From Octopus vulgaris (lineage: Eukaryota): a DNA stretch of 64,000 bases. The notes under the pieces are model-generated. The model was not told the DNA's origin and searched no databases. It saw only the letters and a program-made list of their open reading frames with translations. Location: assembly GCA_951406725.2 (NCBI GenBank), contig OX597816.1:125984001-126048000 (forward strand). Reading direction: 5' to 3'. This document shows positions 41,823 through 55,489 of this stretch, piece after piece. Each line of letters opens with the position of its first letter. Within the stretch, counting starts at the first letter, position 1. The position numbers were made by a program, and so were the translations under genes.

Positions 41823-43176
41823 TACGTGCCTCCTAGCCGACAGAGAGGCAAGGGTGTGGTTGTCTTGTTCAGAAAAAACTTGGATGTACAGATAAGTACA
41901 GTCTTTCTGGAGCCAGAAGGTAGGTGGGTCGTCCTAGATGTGACACACACAAGTAAGCAGTCTTTCAGGTCGGTAGCTGTTTACACTCTAGTTTTAGCAG
42001 GAGACTTTAACACTATTCTCGACGCAATGGTGGATAGTGTTGGCTTGACTGATAGAAGGGGAAGTCCTGGTTTTAAAAGGCAACTAGGGAACTATAACCT
42101 AGTAAACCAATACAGACTTGATGAACCACTCGTTCCACAGTGGACGTAGTCTAACAACAACGGTTCATACAAATCTTATTTAGATAGGATATTCATTAGA
42201 GAGAGAAATAGGAATATGGTTAGTTGTCCACGCTTTTGTTGTGTCCCTTACACAGATCCCAAATTTGTGATGTGTGAGGTGCACCTAGTTAAGTGTCATA
42301 GACAGGGACCAGGGTACTGGAAAATGAACAAGTCTATTTTGACTTGTAAAGTCTTCTGAACCTGGGTTAAGAAGTTAGTACAGAGAGTATTATGCAGTGC
42401 CATCATTAATAATAGATGGTGGTGCACCCTCAAGCAAGACATTTGTTCTGAGTCTCTTAGCTTTAGTAAACAGCTAAGTTTAGAGAAGACTAGAATAGAA
42501 GGGAATCTAATTAAGAAATTAGAGCCCATGGAATCTGGCTCTTCATCCAGAGTGATGGTGGCGAGAATGCTTCTGTTCCATCATCTCAAAGCCAAACATG
42601 AAGGGTGTAGAGTCAGGGCTAAGTTACACATGGTAGGTAGAGAAGGTATTAATGTTGCCAGATGAGCACATCGTGTGGAGAGTTGGAGATGCAAAGAAAC
42701 CTCTATAAAGTCTTTGATTGATGAGTAGGGACATACAATCAAAGGACAGGAGGAGATGCAAAAGGCTTTCACCAACATTTCACCCAGTTGTTTGGGACGA
42801 GCTGGGTGCTGCACTGTGGGCAGTCCCTAAAGCACTTCCTCGCCAGTAGGCCACGACTCTTGGTGTGAGAGGCGGAATGTTGTGAAGGGCTGATTACACC
42901 TGTGGAGGTCGAAGAGGTGCTGGCTAAATGTGCCGGGGACAAGTCAACAGGGCTGGATGGTCTGCCCTATGAATTTTATCGTAGTATGCCGGACTTGTTC
43001 GGACACTTGCTGGCCTGTGTCTACATGAACTGGCAGCAGAATGGGAAGATTCCCAGCTCTGTGAGTCGGGGAGTGGTGACACTGATCAGAAAAGACCTGA
43101 GCAAAGGGGATCATATTAGTAACTTTAGGCCCATAATTCTACTCAATGTAGAGTTAAATATTTTGGCTAAGGTGTT
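41823..43176 (+). mobile_element. Tx1/L1-clade LINE fragment (APE endonuclease to RT N-terminus), decayed
   Basis: GKGVVVLF, EGRWVVLDV, LAGDFN, SYLDRIF, GPGYWKMNKSIL, KSTGLDGLPYEFY, NFRPIILLNVELNILAKVL; several stops. Confidence 0.9.
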
Positions 43177-43599
43177 ATTCCAGAAGAAATAAAATGTTGT
43201 AAAACAATGCAAATTTCTCATCAGGGAAGCATTGCAAACATTTGCAAAAACATACCTTTAGTTCCTATAAGTAATTTCTTCCAATCTATAGAAATTGACC
43301 TTTAACTGTCTTCTTACATTTCATTTCCGCTACATATATACCTTTAAGCGTTATTCCTATTCACTTATCGCTCTATATTTCTCCACTATTAGTTTTCTGC
43401 TAATTTCTTTCTTTCTTCTTCTCTTTCTTTAAATTGCCTTAACGATTTTTTTTTAAAAACAATTTGCCAGCATTCCCTTCATCATATACAGTCATCAGAT
43501 TCTGTTAAAATGTCTTATTGATGTGTTTGGTTTCTTTTTCTTTTCCTGATGAGAAGATCACATTGTTTTACATCATTTTATTCCTTCTGGAATAATACC
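43171..43599. mobile_element. MITE-like element with ~58-bp imperfect terminal inverted repeats
   Basis: ggtgttattccagaagaaataaaatgttgtaaaacaatg..tctcatcagg (43171-43228) is the reverse complement of 43541-43599. Confidence 0.6.
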
Positions 43600-44169
43600 A
43601 ATGCTTTTTTCGAAACATATGTCAGAAGTATAAAGATTTGAATTACACCTGTGTTTAATTCCATTTATTTATCTATGTATATAAGTATATATATATATAT
43701 ATATATAAACAGAGTTAGCAGTTATAATAACCGACTAAGGAATAAAATATCTGTATATAATATCGGTATTTGTTACCTCTGTTTGTTATGTCACACTTTG
43801 TATTAATAAATAAGCTATAAATGTGGTCCAACTGATGTGTTTGTTAATCTGAGGTTTTCTCCATTTTCTGATTATTTGCATTTATATATATATATATATA
43901 TATAAAAGCATACATACATATTTCAGTTTAAACATTTCAGTTTCTTTGCAAACTTATATAATACTATGTGTAGGCAGGTTTTAAAATAAGTACACCACAT
44001 TTCTCTTTGCTATAAGAGGTGACTGAACTGTTGGCACTGAAGACATCTTTCTATAAAAGGCTGCCTCTGACCCATGCCAGCACAAAAGAGCAGAGAAATG
44101 ATGATGATACATATTTAAATATTTATAAACACACCCACTATATATAAAGCAAACTCAATTAGAAACTGA

Positions 44170-45340
44170 TTTAGAACAGAAAAATGAGGCAACTGCAAGA
44201 GAGGTCCCTACTAAAAAAGGGAGACTCTATACCAAGCATTCACTGATGTAGAGAAGGCCTTTGATAGGATACCGTGCTGCCATCTGGTTTTTCACCATGG
44301 GAACTGGTAGATGTATAGTTTGTGATGGTCATACAAGCCATGTACACTGATGCAGTCAGCAAGGTGAGAGTTATCAATGAGTTTAGTGATACAGATAGGG
44401 ATCCATCAGTTCTCAACTCTCTTCTTTTTTGTTAAAGTACTTTAATCTATTAGAGAGTAGTTTGAGATTAGCTATCTATGAGAACTCCTGTTTGCTGATG
44501 ACACTGTTCATACAGCAGAACCTTTGAAAGATTCGGAGAAGGAATTTCAGACATTTAAATAAAACCAGGAGTTGAAAAGCCTTAAAATAATAAAAACCAA
44601 GGCTAAAATTATGCTAAATAGAAAAATCAGGTCTCTACTACCATCAGGGTAATTGCAGTGCATAATATGCAGAAAAGGAGAAGGCAAACATTTGAAGCAA
44701 TATACCCTATGTAAATAATGGACCACAACAGGAGAAGGAAATCACAGTCATGTTAACAGTAAAGGTTTTATGTGACATATGCTCAGGAGTATTAAGCTCA
44801 AAAAGTACCAAGGAAATATATTCTCTCAGCAGCCCAGCTGGCTCTAAAGGAATAATCCATAATTTATGTTAGTTAGGTAATCAAATTGGCAGTGGGTGTG
44901 TGTTTTGAAACAAAGTGGCCAGAGTAAGAATAAATTAAAAATGTTCCTTTTAACAAAATCCTCTTCATTAGTCAAGAGAAAATTGTATGATGCTTGTGTG
45001 CAAAGTAAGATTTTACATAGAAGTGAGACATGTGCTTTGAATGCAGAGGATTTACAAAGGCTAGAAAGGAAGTGAGCATGTTTTACTGCATGTGTAATAT
45101 TAGTGCACATGAAAGCCTGAGTACAAATAACCTGAAAGAAAAGCTGTGTTGAAAAGGAATCAGATGCAATATGCAAGACAGAAGACTACATTGTGTGTGC
45201 ATGTGATGAGAAGGGATAACAAACTGCTGAGTGCTCAAAGTAGACAGTGCTATTAGAAGAGGAAGACCTAAAATGATATAGAATGAAATTATGAAAACCA
45301 ATCTCAAGATACAGAACCTCACATAATAGAAGACAGCAGA
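44170..45340 (+). mobile_element. Decayed RTE-clade LINE relic
   Basis: AFTDVEKAFDRIP (~44236), ELLFADDTV (~44480), RGRPK near the 3' end (~45258). Confidence 0.85.
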
Positions 45341-47941
45341 CAACATCAAATGGTTGCATTCAAAGCTAGAGAAAACCTGCACTCTCGTGTAAGCATGACA
45401 AAGCAAATACTATCCCGTTTTCTTCCATTGTTCCCTCACTGCCTCTATGATATCTCTGTCTTCTTTTCTCTCACTCTCTCTGACACTTTCCCCATAGTTC
45501 TTTGCTGCCTTAACATCCTCTCACTCTCTCTAGCCACTCCCTCTTCTTCCATGACACCTCTTCAGCTCTTTCTTTCAGTGACCCTCTCCCCACAGTTTCT
45601 CCAGCTTCTTAGCCCCTTCTTCTCCATCTTTCTTTCATGCACACCTACCCAATTCATCCATATTCTCCATATTCACCCTTATAACATGAGATAGCACTGA
45701 GCTGCCTCTACTCAACCACTCCCATCACCTTTACCACACTGGCCCTGACTCTTTTTCTCACTAACCACTGACACCATTCTTTCCCTTCCATTAACCTCAC
45801 CAGCACTGTCTTCATTCTTACTCACTCCACAGCCACTCTTGCATAACAATGAATTTGTTTCTTTTATCACACTTTAACTTTTCTCAACACCTCCCCTAAA
45901 ACCACCACACATTCTCTTTTCTTTCAGTCATGGCAGTTTTACAGTCTTTTGAATTGAGATGACCTCACTAGTACTCATAAAACAAGAAAAGCACCCAGTA
46001 CACTCTGAAAGCTTGTTTGGTGAATAGATCAGAGAAACACATGTTTGAAAGGAGTTTTTAATCTTGCTGAGAGCAAAATAACCTCTATAACACTGGTATT
46101 ATGAGAGAAGATGTCATTGAAACAATATCAAAATGTAGATGTCTATGCAACACATATTCCTTAAAAGTTAGATCCTACTGAACCATCCAATGCATGCAAC
46201 ATGAAAAGCATATAAATGAATATACACACAGAAGTTCAAATCAATCAGATTATTTGCCACCAGCAAACTTCTATTGAACCGGAGTGCTTCATTAATAAGT
46301 TTTTTTAATTGCTTTATCACAATGTCCTGTTCTCAATTTAGACAAAGGTGTTTTATGAAAATATATCTAAAATGTAAGTACCCCTTCTAAGATATGCGAC
46401 CCTTGTGAGCTAACATTGTTGCTAAAGGGTGCTATCATCCATGTTTAAGAACCAGTGAGCGTGATTGTTAAATTTATCTACAATTTCTAGTAAGTCATCA
46501 AAGTAAGTAACCCCTAATATACAATCAATTACTGCTGTTACACTGCATATCTGGTGCACAATTTTAGTTTTGCTTTTTGGTCAGTCAACTCAATATTGCT
46601 AACAATTTATGTAAACATTTCTTGTTTGACCACTCAATACAGACTACCTACTCAATCTATTGAACAAATATATTGCTTTGATATTGTTGAGATTTTGTGG
46701 GTCATAGCTAAATAAATCAGCATTCATTATGTACCCAGTCTCTTTAAATTAGTTTACTCTCAGCAACCTAGCTATCTCTAAGAGGGTTACTCTGTTAGCA
46801 ACTCTCAGTTACTCTAAATTAAAACTCTGCAACCTAGCTTCCATGGTCACACTGCTAGATTGCTCAAACACTTACTTAAGGTGAAAAGAGGTACAACATC
46901 ATAGCTGAGAGTCAGATATGAGAAAATGATAGCTAAGTGGAAAAACTGATCAACCAAGATGTCTGATTTTCATGAATAAAAATATATTGCTACAGAAATC
47001 AGATGTATCAAATTAAAAGTGAAAATGAATTATATAGATTTCATCTAAAATATACAAGTATTACAAAGAGTGAATTATGCCAAAGACAAATATCAGATGA
47101 AATAAAATGAAATTTTTCCTTTAAGTATAGGAAAATACATTGAAATAAAAGATTAAAAAATACAGAAAACCAGTATAAGATTACATTTATGCAAATTTAA
47201 CGAGTAATCATACAATATTAAAATTTATTTTACAAGCAGTTAATGATTTAATGATCAGCACTATAATTAAAACACCCAAGAATTAGTCACTGCATCAATT
47301 AATCAACAATTTTATACCAAAATTACAGAAAGATTTTAGTTTTTGATGGAGTAAAATTACAAACTACCACTATTCTAGTCAAGTGAAAACTGCTTCAACA
47401 TGTTTGTTATAGTAGAACATTTCCCATATTTCCAATAGATTCATCCTATAATCAGTCACTTATAAAGCTATGACAGCTGGTTTTGAAATAGCAAATCAAA
47501 AGATCACACAGTTACAATATCTCTGAACTCTCTGAAGAAATGACATTAAACAGTCTCCTCTGAATATCTGCAAACATGTGCGTGCATGTACACATGTTGT
47601 TGCATTTGTCTCAAAAAGCTTAAAATGTAATGTGAAGGTACAAACCCTGCTAAAGATATTTTACTGTTTTAGATAAAGGTCCCCAGCCCAAGTCACTCAA
47701 CTAGGGAAAATAACAGCACTCAGAAACAAATACAAATTCATGTAATTGTTTACACATGTATATCTGAAAACCTAAACCATTTTCAATCACTATTTTAATG
47801 AAAGCATATAATAAAACTTGATATGAAAGAAAAAGGAAATACTTTGTGACAATATTTTTCTTGGTAAAGATTTAAAGTGTAAACACACATGCAGTATGTG
47901 TATACATATATATATACGTACATATGTGAACGTAAGTCTGC

Positions 47942-47973
<32 letters not shown>

Positions 47974-48556
47974 TACATATATTTACACAACAGAAATATA
48001 GATGTGTATCCGAGTTTGTATGATTCTTACTAGAATTTCTGAAAGACCCTTGAGATGCCTACATACATATAAATGTACTTTTGCACAATGCAGCAGGAAT
48101 AAATTTTGAGTAACTGTTAACATAATTTACTTTTAACCTCCCCATTCTTATAAACATCAAATAGATATTTAATTCGCTTTGTGATCGTGAGTGCACCAAA
48201 CCTCATGTGTGCATATGCTCACATTTTTGCAGATGCTTGTATGAGCGAGTGTACAAAAACCATGCAGCTTGCACAAGGGTGTTTATACATCCAGATTTGG
48301 TAACGGTTATTTTCAATACTTTTCTCACTGTATTGCATGTTCATTTGTCTTTTTTCTATCTGTGATTTTATTTTTGATCTTCTATGTAAATGAAGACATT
48401 TCCTCCATCTTGCTGCTTTTCTTTCCTCAAAATGAGAAGATGCATTGCGGAACTGTTATCTTAACGAGTTGTGTCTATCACCTGATAAGATACATTTGCA
48501 CGGCCTGATGCTCCTGAACCACATATACAAATGCATATACACACATACACGTGTAT

Positions 48557-48800
48557 GCATCATCATCATTTCACTGTCCATACTGGCAGAGGTTGGATGG
48601 TTTGACCAGAGCTGGTAAGCTGGAGAGCTGCACCAGGCTCCAGTCTGATTTGGTATAGTTTTTTTATGGCTGGATGCCCTTCCTAATGCCAACCACTTTA
48701 CAGAGTATGTTGGGTGCTTTTACACAGCACTGCATGGGCGCTTTTATTTGGTACCACACAAATGCTTTTACAAGGCATCGCACAGGTGCTTCTACATGGC
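48557..48800 (-). mobile_element. SINE ((ATC)n-tailed family)
   Basis: catcatcatcattt..ggttggatggtttgac..ggctggatgcccttcctaatgccaaccac. Confidence 0.8.
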
Positions 48801-50307
48801 TCCATAAAAATTCATATATGCATCTATACACACATATATAAACATACAAATATATATGTATATACATATATTTATATACTTGTATACATGTACACATATA
48901 CATACACACATACATTCAAATACCTATATGCATAGTCATACAATTGTCCATCAGTTTATACACTACTCAGCATGGTTTCATATAAGCAATGTATTGGTTT
49001 GATTCAACCTTTATTTCCTTTTACTTTATGTAAATAAAGCTCCATTTTGTCATTTTCACTTCAGTTTTGTATCTTCCATTCATTTTACATTTATTTCACT
49101 TCATCAATAGTGATGTAGAGCACACACTAAATCAATAACAAAGTTACAATTTTTTCCCCTTCTGTCTTGGTTTTTTTCTTTTAATTTTTATTTATTTCTT
49201 TTTTTTTTTGTATTGTCATCTAATTATCTAAAAGAAAACTTCTTGAAAGATGAAAAGAATGAAAAATTTTGATCTCCCTATCAGCTATTTACAAGTGGAT
49301 AGCAAAACTAGCAGTAGTGTGAAACCCTGGAGGCCAATCACGGTTACACAAAATATCACACTCAGAAATAGGAGTTTTACATCTGTAGTAATCCTCATGA
49401 TGAAAATTACAAACAACTATACAGCTGATTTGAAAGAAGATAAAGATGAAATACAGAACACCCATACCATCGTATATTTAGGAAAAATTTATGATTTCAT
49501 ACTTTATTCCACTCTACTGCCATATTTCATTTACATGCACAGAGTCATACCATTCTTTTCCTATAAAAACCACTTTAAAACATCTTTCAATAAGTATTGG
49601 ATGAAACACCAAATTTGTTATTCCACAAAATATACTTGTAAAATAGGGTGTGTCATATACCCTATTTATCTTAAATGTTGACAAATAAAATGATAAAAAA
49701 AAAGACTGAAGTATTCTAAAATAAATAGGTTAGCTCAAAATTTAATCTCTCAAAAAATTTAAGAAATAATTATTTTTCTGTTTTTGCATTTTATGACTAA
49801 TTCTGAAAAATAAAGTCTATTCCAAAAGTACAATCAAAAGGACTTTTAGAAAGGCCCATAATTTATAAGAGATATTTTATAACTAGAAAAAATATAAGAT
49901 TTACTGAAATGAAACAATAACAGTGAAGAAATTAATTGTAGATTCTCTTTCAGATAAAAAAGTAAGTTGAATAAAAATAATCTTCCAAAAATATTGTGAA
50001 TGATTATCAAATTAATACTTTCTGAAGAATTTTGTTTGGAGTTGAACATAATCAATTAATTATATAATCAATATAATAAAGAGTTATTTTGTGGGTACAC
50101 ATGCTCGTGTTAGTGCATGTTCACAGCAAACACACACAAATAATGCTACAATAAATTGATTCATAAATGCCAAATATTTAGGCCAGAATATTGCACATTT
50201 ATACTTTTATTCCTTTACTTGTTTTGGCCATTGGACCATGGCAATATTGAGGAACTACAATCAACAGTTTAATTACTCATATCAAAACCAAAGCTAATTT
50301 TTAAAAC

Positions 50308-50428
50308 TGTTATTTTGTCCAGCTCTATTTGATAAACCTTCTCATCAACGAGCATCACTTGTTTTCAAGCAAGGGAATATTCCTCTATGGCCAGATATGT
50401 TATTTTGTCCAGCTCTATTTGATAAACC
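50308..50428. repeat. 31-bp direct duplication enclosing an inverted copy of 51289-51353
   Basis: tgttattttgtccagctctatttgataaacc at 50308-50338 and 50398-50428; 50337-50401 matches the reverse complement of 51289-51353 at 64/65. Confidence 0.95.
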
Positions 50429-51039
50429 ACAGAACATAAACAAAAAGTGCCAGTTTTTTGTTAAGTGGCATCAAAATTAAGACAGGCAAAGAGAAATAAA
50501 TGCAGGCTTCCAAAATGTTTTTCTACCAAAATTCATTCACAAAGTATTATTAGTCAGCTCAAGGTTACAGCACAAGATGTTTTATGGTGTGACAACAGCA
50601 GATACCATATTGTTGTGAAGGGAAATTCTGAAACATAGTCATGCCAAATAATTTTAACAATTTGCAGTTAATACATATTGCAAAAGAAAAGAATGTATTC
50701 TCAGAATTCTACTGAAGAATGCATGGGCTAGTTAGATTACAATTCCTTTTGGCTAGGCACAAATTCACTATAGTTAAGATAAAACATGGGTTATATTGAC
50801 TTTCATTGATTTATTGTCAGAATAGCAGGAATACAATTTAGGTAAAGCAGAACTTGCCTCATAGCAAATGTTTAAATTAGTTTAACATAAACATACGAGA
50901 TTTATTAGACACTGTGTAGAGAACAGCAATGAAAACAAAGAATTCCAAAAGACAGATATGTGCTGAAATAAAAATGCCACAAAACAAAGCATTATTCATC
51001 TTCCAAATGGTTGATCTAGGAATAGCTGTGTATAGGTAC

Positions 51040-51400
51040 AGGCCTGGCTACATCTTTAAGAAACTTGCTTTCCAACCATGTGATTTTAGGTTCAGTCTAA
51101 AGAACTGTACTCAGGAGAAGCACCAAGCAAATCAAAGCTTTATAGGTGAATCTACTAGACTGAAGCTTAAAGAAGCCTGTCATATATGTGTGTGTGCTTG
51201 AGTGCACCCCTTGTCTTCTCACCACATGATTGTAAACAAGCATCACTATCTGACAAGCGATACTATTCATTTCCAAATTAGAATGGCAAACATATCTGGC
51301 CATAGAGGAATATTCCCTTGCTTGAAAACAAGTGATGCTTGTTGATGAGAAGGGCATCAGCAGTAGAAAATCTGCCTCGATGAATTTTTTCCAACCCAAG
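51040..51400 (+). mobile_element. Decayed SINE
   Basis: tRNA-like head (ggtacaggcctggct..ttaagaaacttgctttccaaccatg) with tail gaagggcatcagcagtagaaaatctgcc. Confidence 0.7.
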
Positions 51401-52221
51401 TGGACAATAAAAATATAATAAAATAAATAATCAAGTGACATGATGGAAATAACTTCTTATACATTAGCAAGTCTTAATTATTTTGGCAGCATGGATTAAA
51501 ACAATATTATAACAATGCTTAGGTGTGTCACAAGTCCTAGCATTTATAAAGCAAGAGCTTAACCCACTTCTCATATAAATGACTGAGATTATAATACTCC
51601 CCATTGAACAGGATGCTGGTCTGCAACATGGTTGTCAAAATTAGAGTATGTTCTTGAGAACGAAGCGTCTTCAACACCGGAAAATGTGGTAGTTCTTTTC
51701 TATGTCACCAGAAGTAGTAAGGTCGCCTTACAGCTTGCAAGACAACAAAACCCAAGGGGCAACTTTATGCTAGGAGATTAGGGCAGAGAGAACAGATTTC
51801 TAAATGTAGAGGAGCTACATGGTTAGTTACATTATTGAAAAGAAGATTAACAGTTTACTGGAAGCTGAAGTAACTCCTCTACACAACACTACTTAACATA
51901 TACTTAATATATATACAAGTGTATGTATGTGTATAATATATACACACTGTATGCACACAATGTACACACTTAAAAGATACAGAAATGTTTTAAACAGGTA
52001 TCATTTCTTTTCTTGTTTCTTTTTCTTTCTTAGGGTTCACCAGATGTGTCAGTCAACTTTTCCTTTTTACAGCATACAGTTTGCTGTGCACAACTTTCTA
52101 GGTTAGTTTTATTTTTCTTCAGTTTATGTTTACATTCTGTCTACTTGTAGTAACTGTTCAGATTATCCAATTGTCTGTCTCTTATATCCCTGCAATTCTA
52201 TCTATCATTCTACACACATTT

Positions 52222-52285
52222 CAGATATATATGCATGAATGTATATGCATATAATATACATACACATATGTACTTACATATAAAC

Positions 52286-52324
<39 letters not shown>

Positions 52325-52384
52325 TATATATGCAAGAATGTATACGCATATAATATACATACACATATGTACTTACATATAAAC

Positions 52385-52421
<37 letters not shown>

Positions 52422-52510
52422 TATATATGCATGAATGTATACGCATATAATATACATACACATATGTACTTACATATAAACTTTCATATATATATATATA
52501 TATATATATG
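52222..52510. repeat. Three-copy ~98-bp minisatellite with a variable (TA)n in each unit
   Basis: Unit cagatatatatgcatgaatgtat..tacttacatataaactttca(ta)n starts at 52222, 52321 and 52418. Confidence 0.92.
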
Positions 52511-52634
52511 TAATTAAGGGCATAGAAAAATTTCTAGACTATATGCAGAAAATATGCTGAAAATGATTTCACCTTAATTAGTCTACTTTTTGTATGCTGG
52601 CAACAGATAATATTTTTTTTAAATTTTAACCTTT

Positions 52635-52678
<44 letters not shown>

Positions 52679-52804
52679 CACACATACAAACATATGTACA
52701 CACACATATATACATACATATAAACTGCCATATATATATATATACACACACACACATATGTACCGAAATATAAACTTCCATATATATATATATATATATA
52801 TTAT

Positions 52805-52920
52805 ACAGGGTGACTCAAAAAAAGTATGCATACTTTGACAGCTGACAACTCAATCTTCATTTCTTTTCAAATTTAACTAATTAGAAATAACAAGATCTAA
52901 ACAAAGGAAATTTATTCAAA
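52805..52920. mobile_element. Tc1/mariner-like terminal remnant
   Basis: TA followed by CAGGGTGACTCAAAAAAAG next to a (TA)n tract; no partner TIR seen. Confidence 0.35.
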
Positions 52921-53017
52921 CTGGATACTAGTATCAATACTAGTGCTACTGGGTAACAATCCAATTGTAAAGAGAGTTAAGGTGAGTGTTTCAAAAAGAT
53001 TCACTTATGTAACTTAC

Positions 53018-53068
53018 CATTACTTGATTAGTGATAATTTTGAGGCATATGAGATTGCTCAGAATGTC
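53018..53068 (-). CDS. Candidate 51-nt cassette exon of segment A (DILSNLICLKIITNQVM)
   Basis: tttttgctttgtgttgcttgtcgatatcttag|GAC..ATG|gtaagt, phase 0-0, open. Confidence 0.5.
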
Positions 53069-54881
53069 CTAAGATATCGACAAGCAACACAAAGCAAAAA
53101 TGGATACTAGAAACATTGCCTGAGTTCAAGAAAAGCTGAAGGCTTAATGTGTCTCGTACCCACATCTCTATATATACATGCATGCATTCATATATACATA
53201 TAGACATTGACACACATTTACATACACATGCACACACCCACATATATATGCATTGATGCATATGTGTGTCCGCTTCCTATGCTTTTACAATGACAACAGT
53301 TGTGCTGCAAGGACATTTATCATGTCTCTCATACACAATATGTACTTCAACTTTTCAACAGTATCTAAGATGGAAACAATGAAGAGTTGGCATCATGAAC
53401 AGCATCTTGCCACAGAATACTGCTCCAAGGAATCTTATCTAACCCATGCTGACATAGTAAAAACAGATGTCAAGACAAAAATAAAATTAAACAAAATATA
53501 TGTTTAATTTTTATAAAGTCTAAATGCTCAAAATTACTGACTGTTCACATGATGATAGTGCCTCTCAAGTTCAATAAGTTTACATTGTTATATTATTTAA
53601 AACTTTGCTGAAATAAACATATTCCATGAAGAAAAAAAGTGCTCAACTAACAAGGAAGAAACTCATTAACAAACAGCAACCTAACTTAATCATTAAAATT
53701 ACTGTTCTACTTTTTACATTGTTTCTTCCATACTGCAAATATTAACAGCAAAAACACATTTTAGAGAAAATAATGTAAAATTTACACTTATCTGCAAATA
53801 TTCAACACAAAAATAATTTTCATAATTTATTTATTTTTTTGTTCCCTTTTTTCAATGGAGAAAAAGGTAAGAAGGTGAGAAATAAGTATGTAATATAGAA
53901 AAGAATTTCACTTTTTTTCTATATTTTCATTTTCAAATGTGGCAGCATAAAACATTATGTATTAAACTCAGTAATATAAGCAACAATGCACAAGTGTAAA
54001 TATGTGAAAGAGAAAGATAGGGAAAGTGTGTGAGTGTGTTTAACATTTCCACATGCATAATTCTGTTGATCTGCTTTCATGCTTCTAAGTTCATGGAAAG
54101 GTGATTGTCATTTGCAAAGTTCTGTTTTCATATATTAAGAATACAAGATGGATTGTACTAAGAGAAATTTTAAAACATAATGAAGAGCTTACTTATTTAA
54201 ATTAATGCATTACCTAGAGAATTAGCCTAAAACTTCACTTTGGTTATGAAACACTCTAAAAATTTAATGATGACTACTATCCAAACTATTATTAAGGATT
54301 AAGGAGGTTTTGTTGTTCAAAAGATGTTATCTTAATGACTCATATGTATGTGAGAAATTCATGAAGCTTTTCTTTACTTATAGTAATTTTTAGATACTTT
54401 TACATACTCAATACAAAACATTTAATTTTTAATTATGTTTAATGATAATAATATAAATATACTTTTTTTTCCTATCATCATAAATCACTAATATTTCTTG
54501 AAATCTATACTCAGTTTTAATTTTCATTGAAGTCTAGTTATTTATCAACTTAGAACAATCCAGATTGCCATCATTTCATTTATTTGAAGCTTATGGTATG
54601 ATAATATCTATTTGAAATCTATCCTATCACTTGATTTCTCCCCCAAAATTCCCTAATAAAAGTTTAAAACATTTTTATATGATACTAATTTTTGCAGGGA
54701 ACTGAAAAAGACTGCCAACCTAAATTCATATAATCAATACCTAAAGTTGACAAAAATATATACAACAAAAACCATCAACCTAAATATTTGTACTGGGATC
54801 TTTATTTTCAAACATTTTGGCAAGGAGATGTAGACGACCAATATCTATTTGAATTCGAAAACTTCAGTAGCAATATCATAC

Positions 54882-55038
54882 CATTCTAAGAGTGTCTGCC
54901 TCCTCCTCGTCTGGCATTTCGGGAACACCTTTTAATGTATCTTCATTCTGGTAGATGTCAGCTTCTTCTTCTTCTGCATGAAGTAGTAGCATACCTCCAC
55001 CCTGTGAGGCCAAACACATGCTATTTATCGATGATACA
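54882..55038 (-). CDS. Segment A duplicated acidic exon (xVSSINSMCLASQGGGMLLLHAEEEEADIYQNEDTLKGVPEMPDEEEADTLRM)
   Basis: Paralogous to the 3' half of exon 55490-55825; ctctcaatag|T..ATG|gtatga; open, with many third-position differences. Confidence 0.8.
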
Positions 55039-55233
55039 CTATTGAGAGTATCTTAATTGCATTTTTTATTTTATTTTTTCCAATACTCTCTTTTTGTTTA
55101 GATTTCTCACATAAATAAGAAGTACAAAGCAGTCATTGCTTTGCCAAAATGTATATTTAAAAAAAGAATAAAATGTGTCCCATTGTCTAATCTTAAAATA
55201 TAAACACAAACAGGGAAACAATGAGTGCCTCAC

Positions 55234-55244
55234 CATGATTTTAA
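55234..55244 (-). CDS. Candidate 11-nt microexon (LKS+TG); the alternative 16-nt form 55234-55249 carries a stop
   Basis: gctctttttagcgtag|TTAAAATCATG|gtgagg; converts phase 0 to phase 2, exactly as needed to join the two acidic exons. Confidence 0.5.
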
Positions 55245-55489
55245 CTACGCTAAAAAGAGCATTATCATTTAAAGTAAAAACAAAACATTAGAAAAAAATT
55301 TAATTCTTAATTTAAATATTAGCATGCAAAAAAGAAGATTTTCAACATAACTCAAACACTTTTAACCAAAATTATTTTTAAAATAAACAAACTTCAAATA
55401 AAAGAAAATATCGAAAGATAAATTAGCTTCTTATGGAAACACTAACAGTAAACATCTCTTTCCTCAGAAGATAACAGACAAGTGCTTAC

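Noticed and set aside
48300-48481. cttatcag| acceptor followed by purine-rich sequence on the minus strand
   Set aside because: Early stops in all three frames
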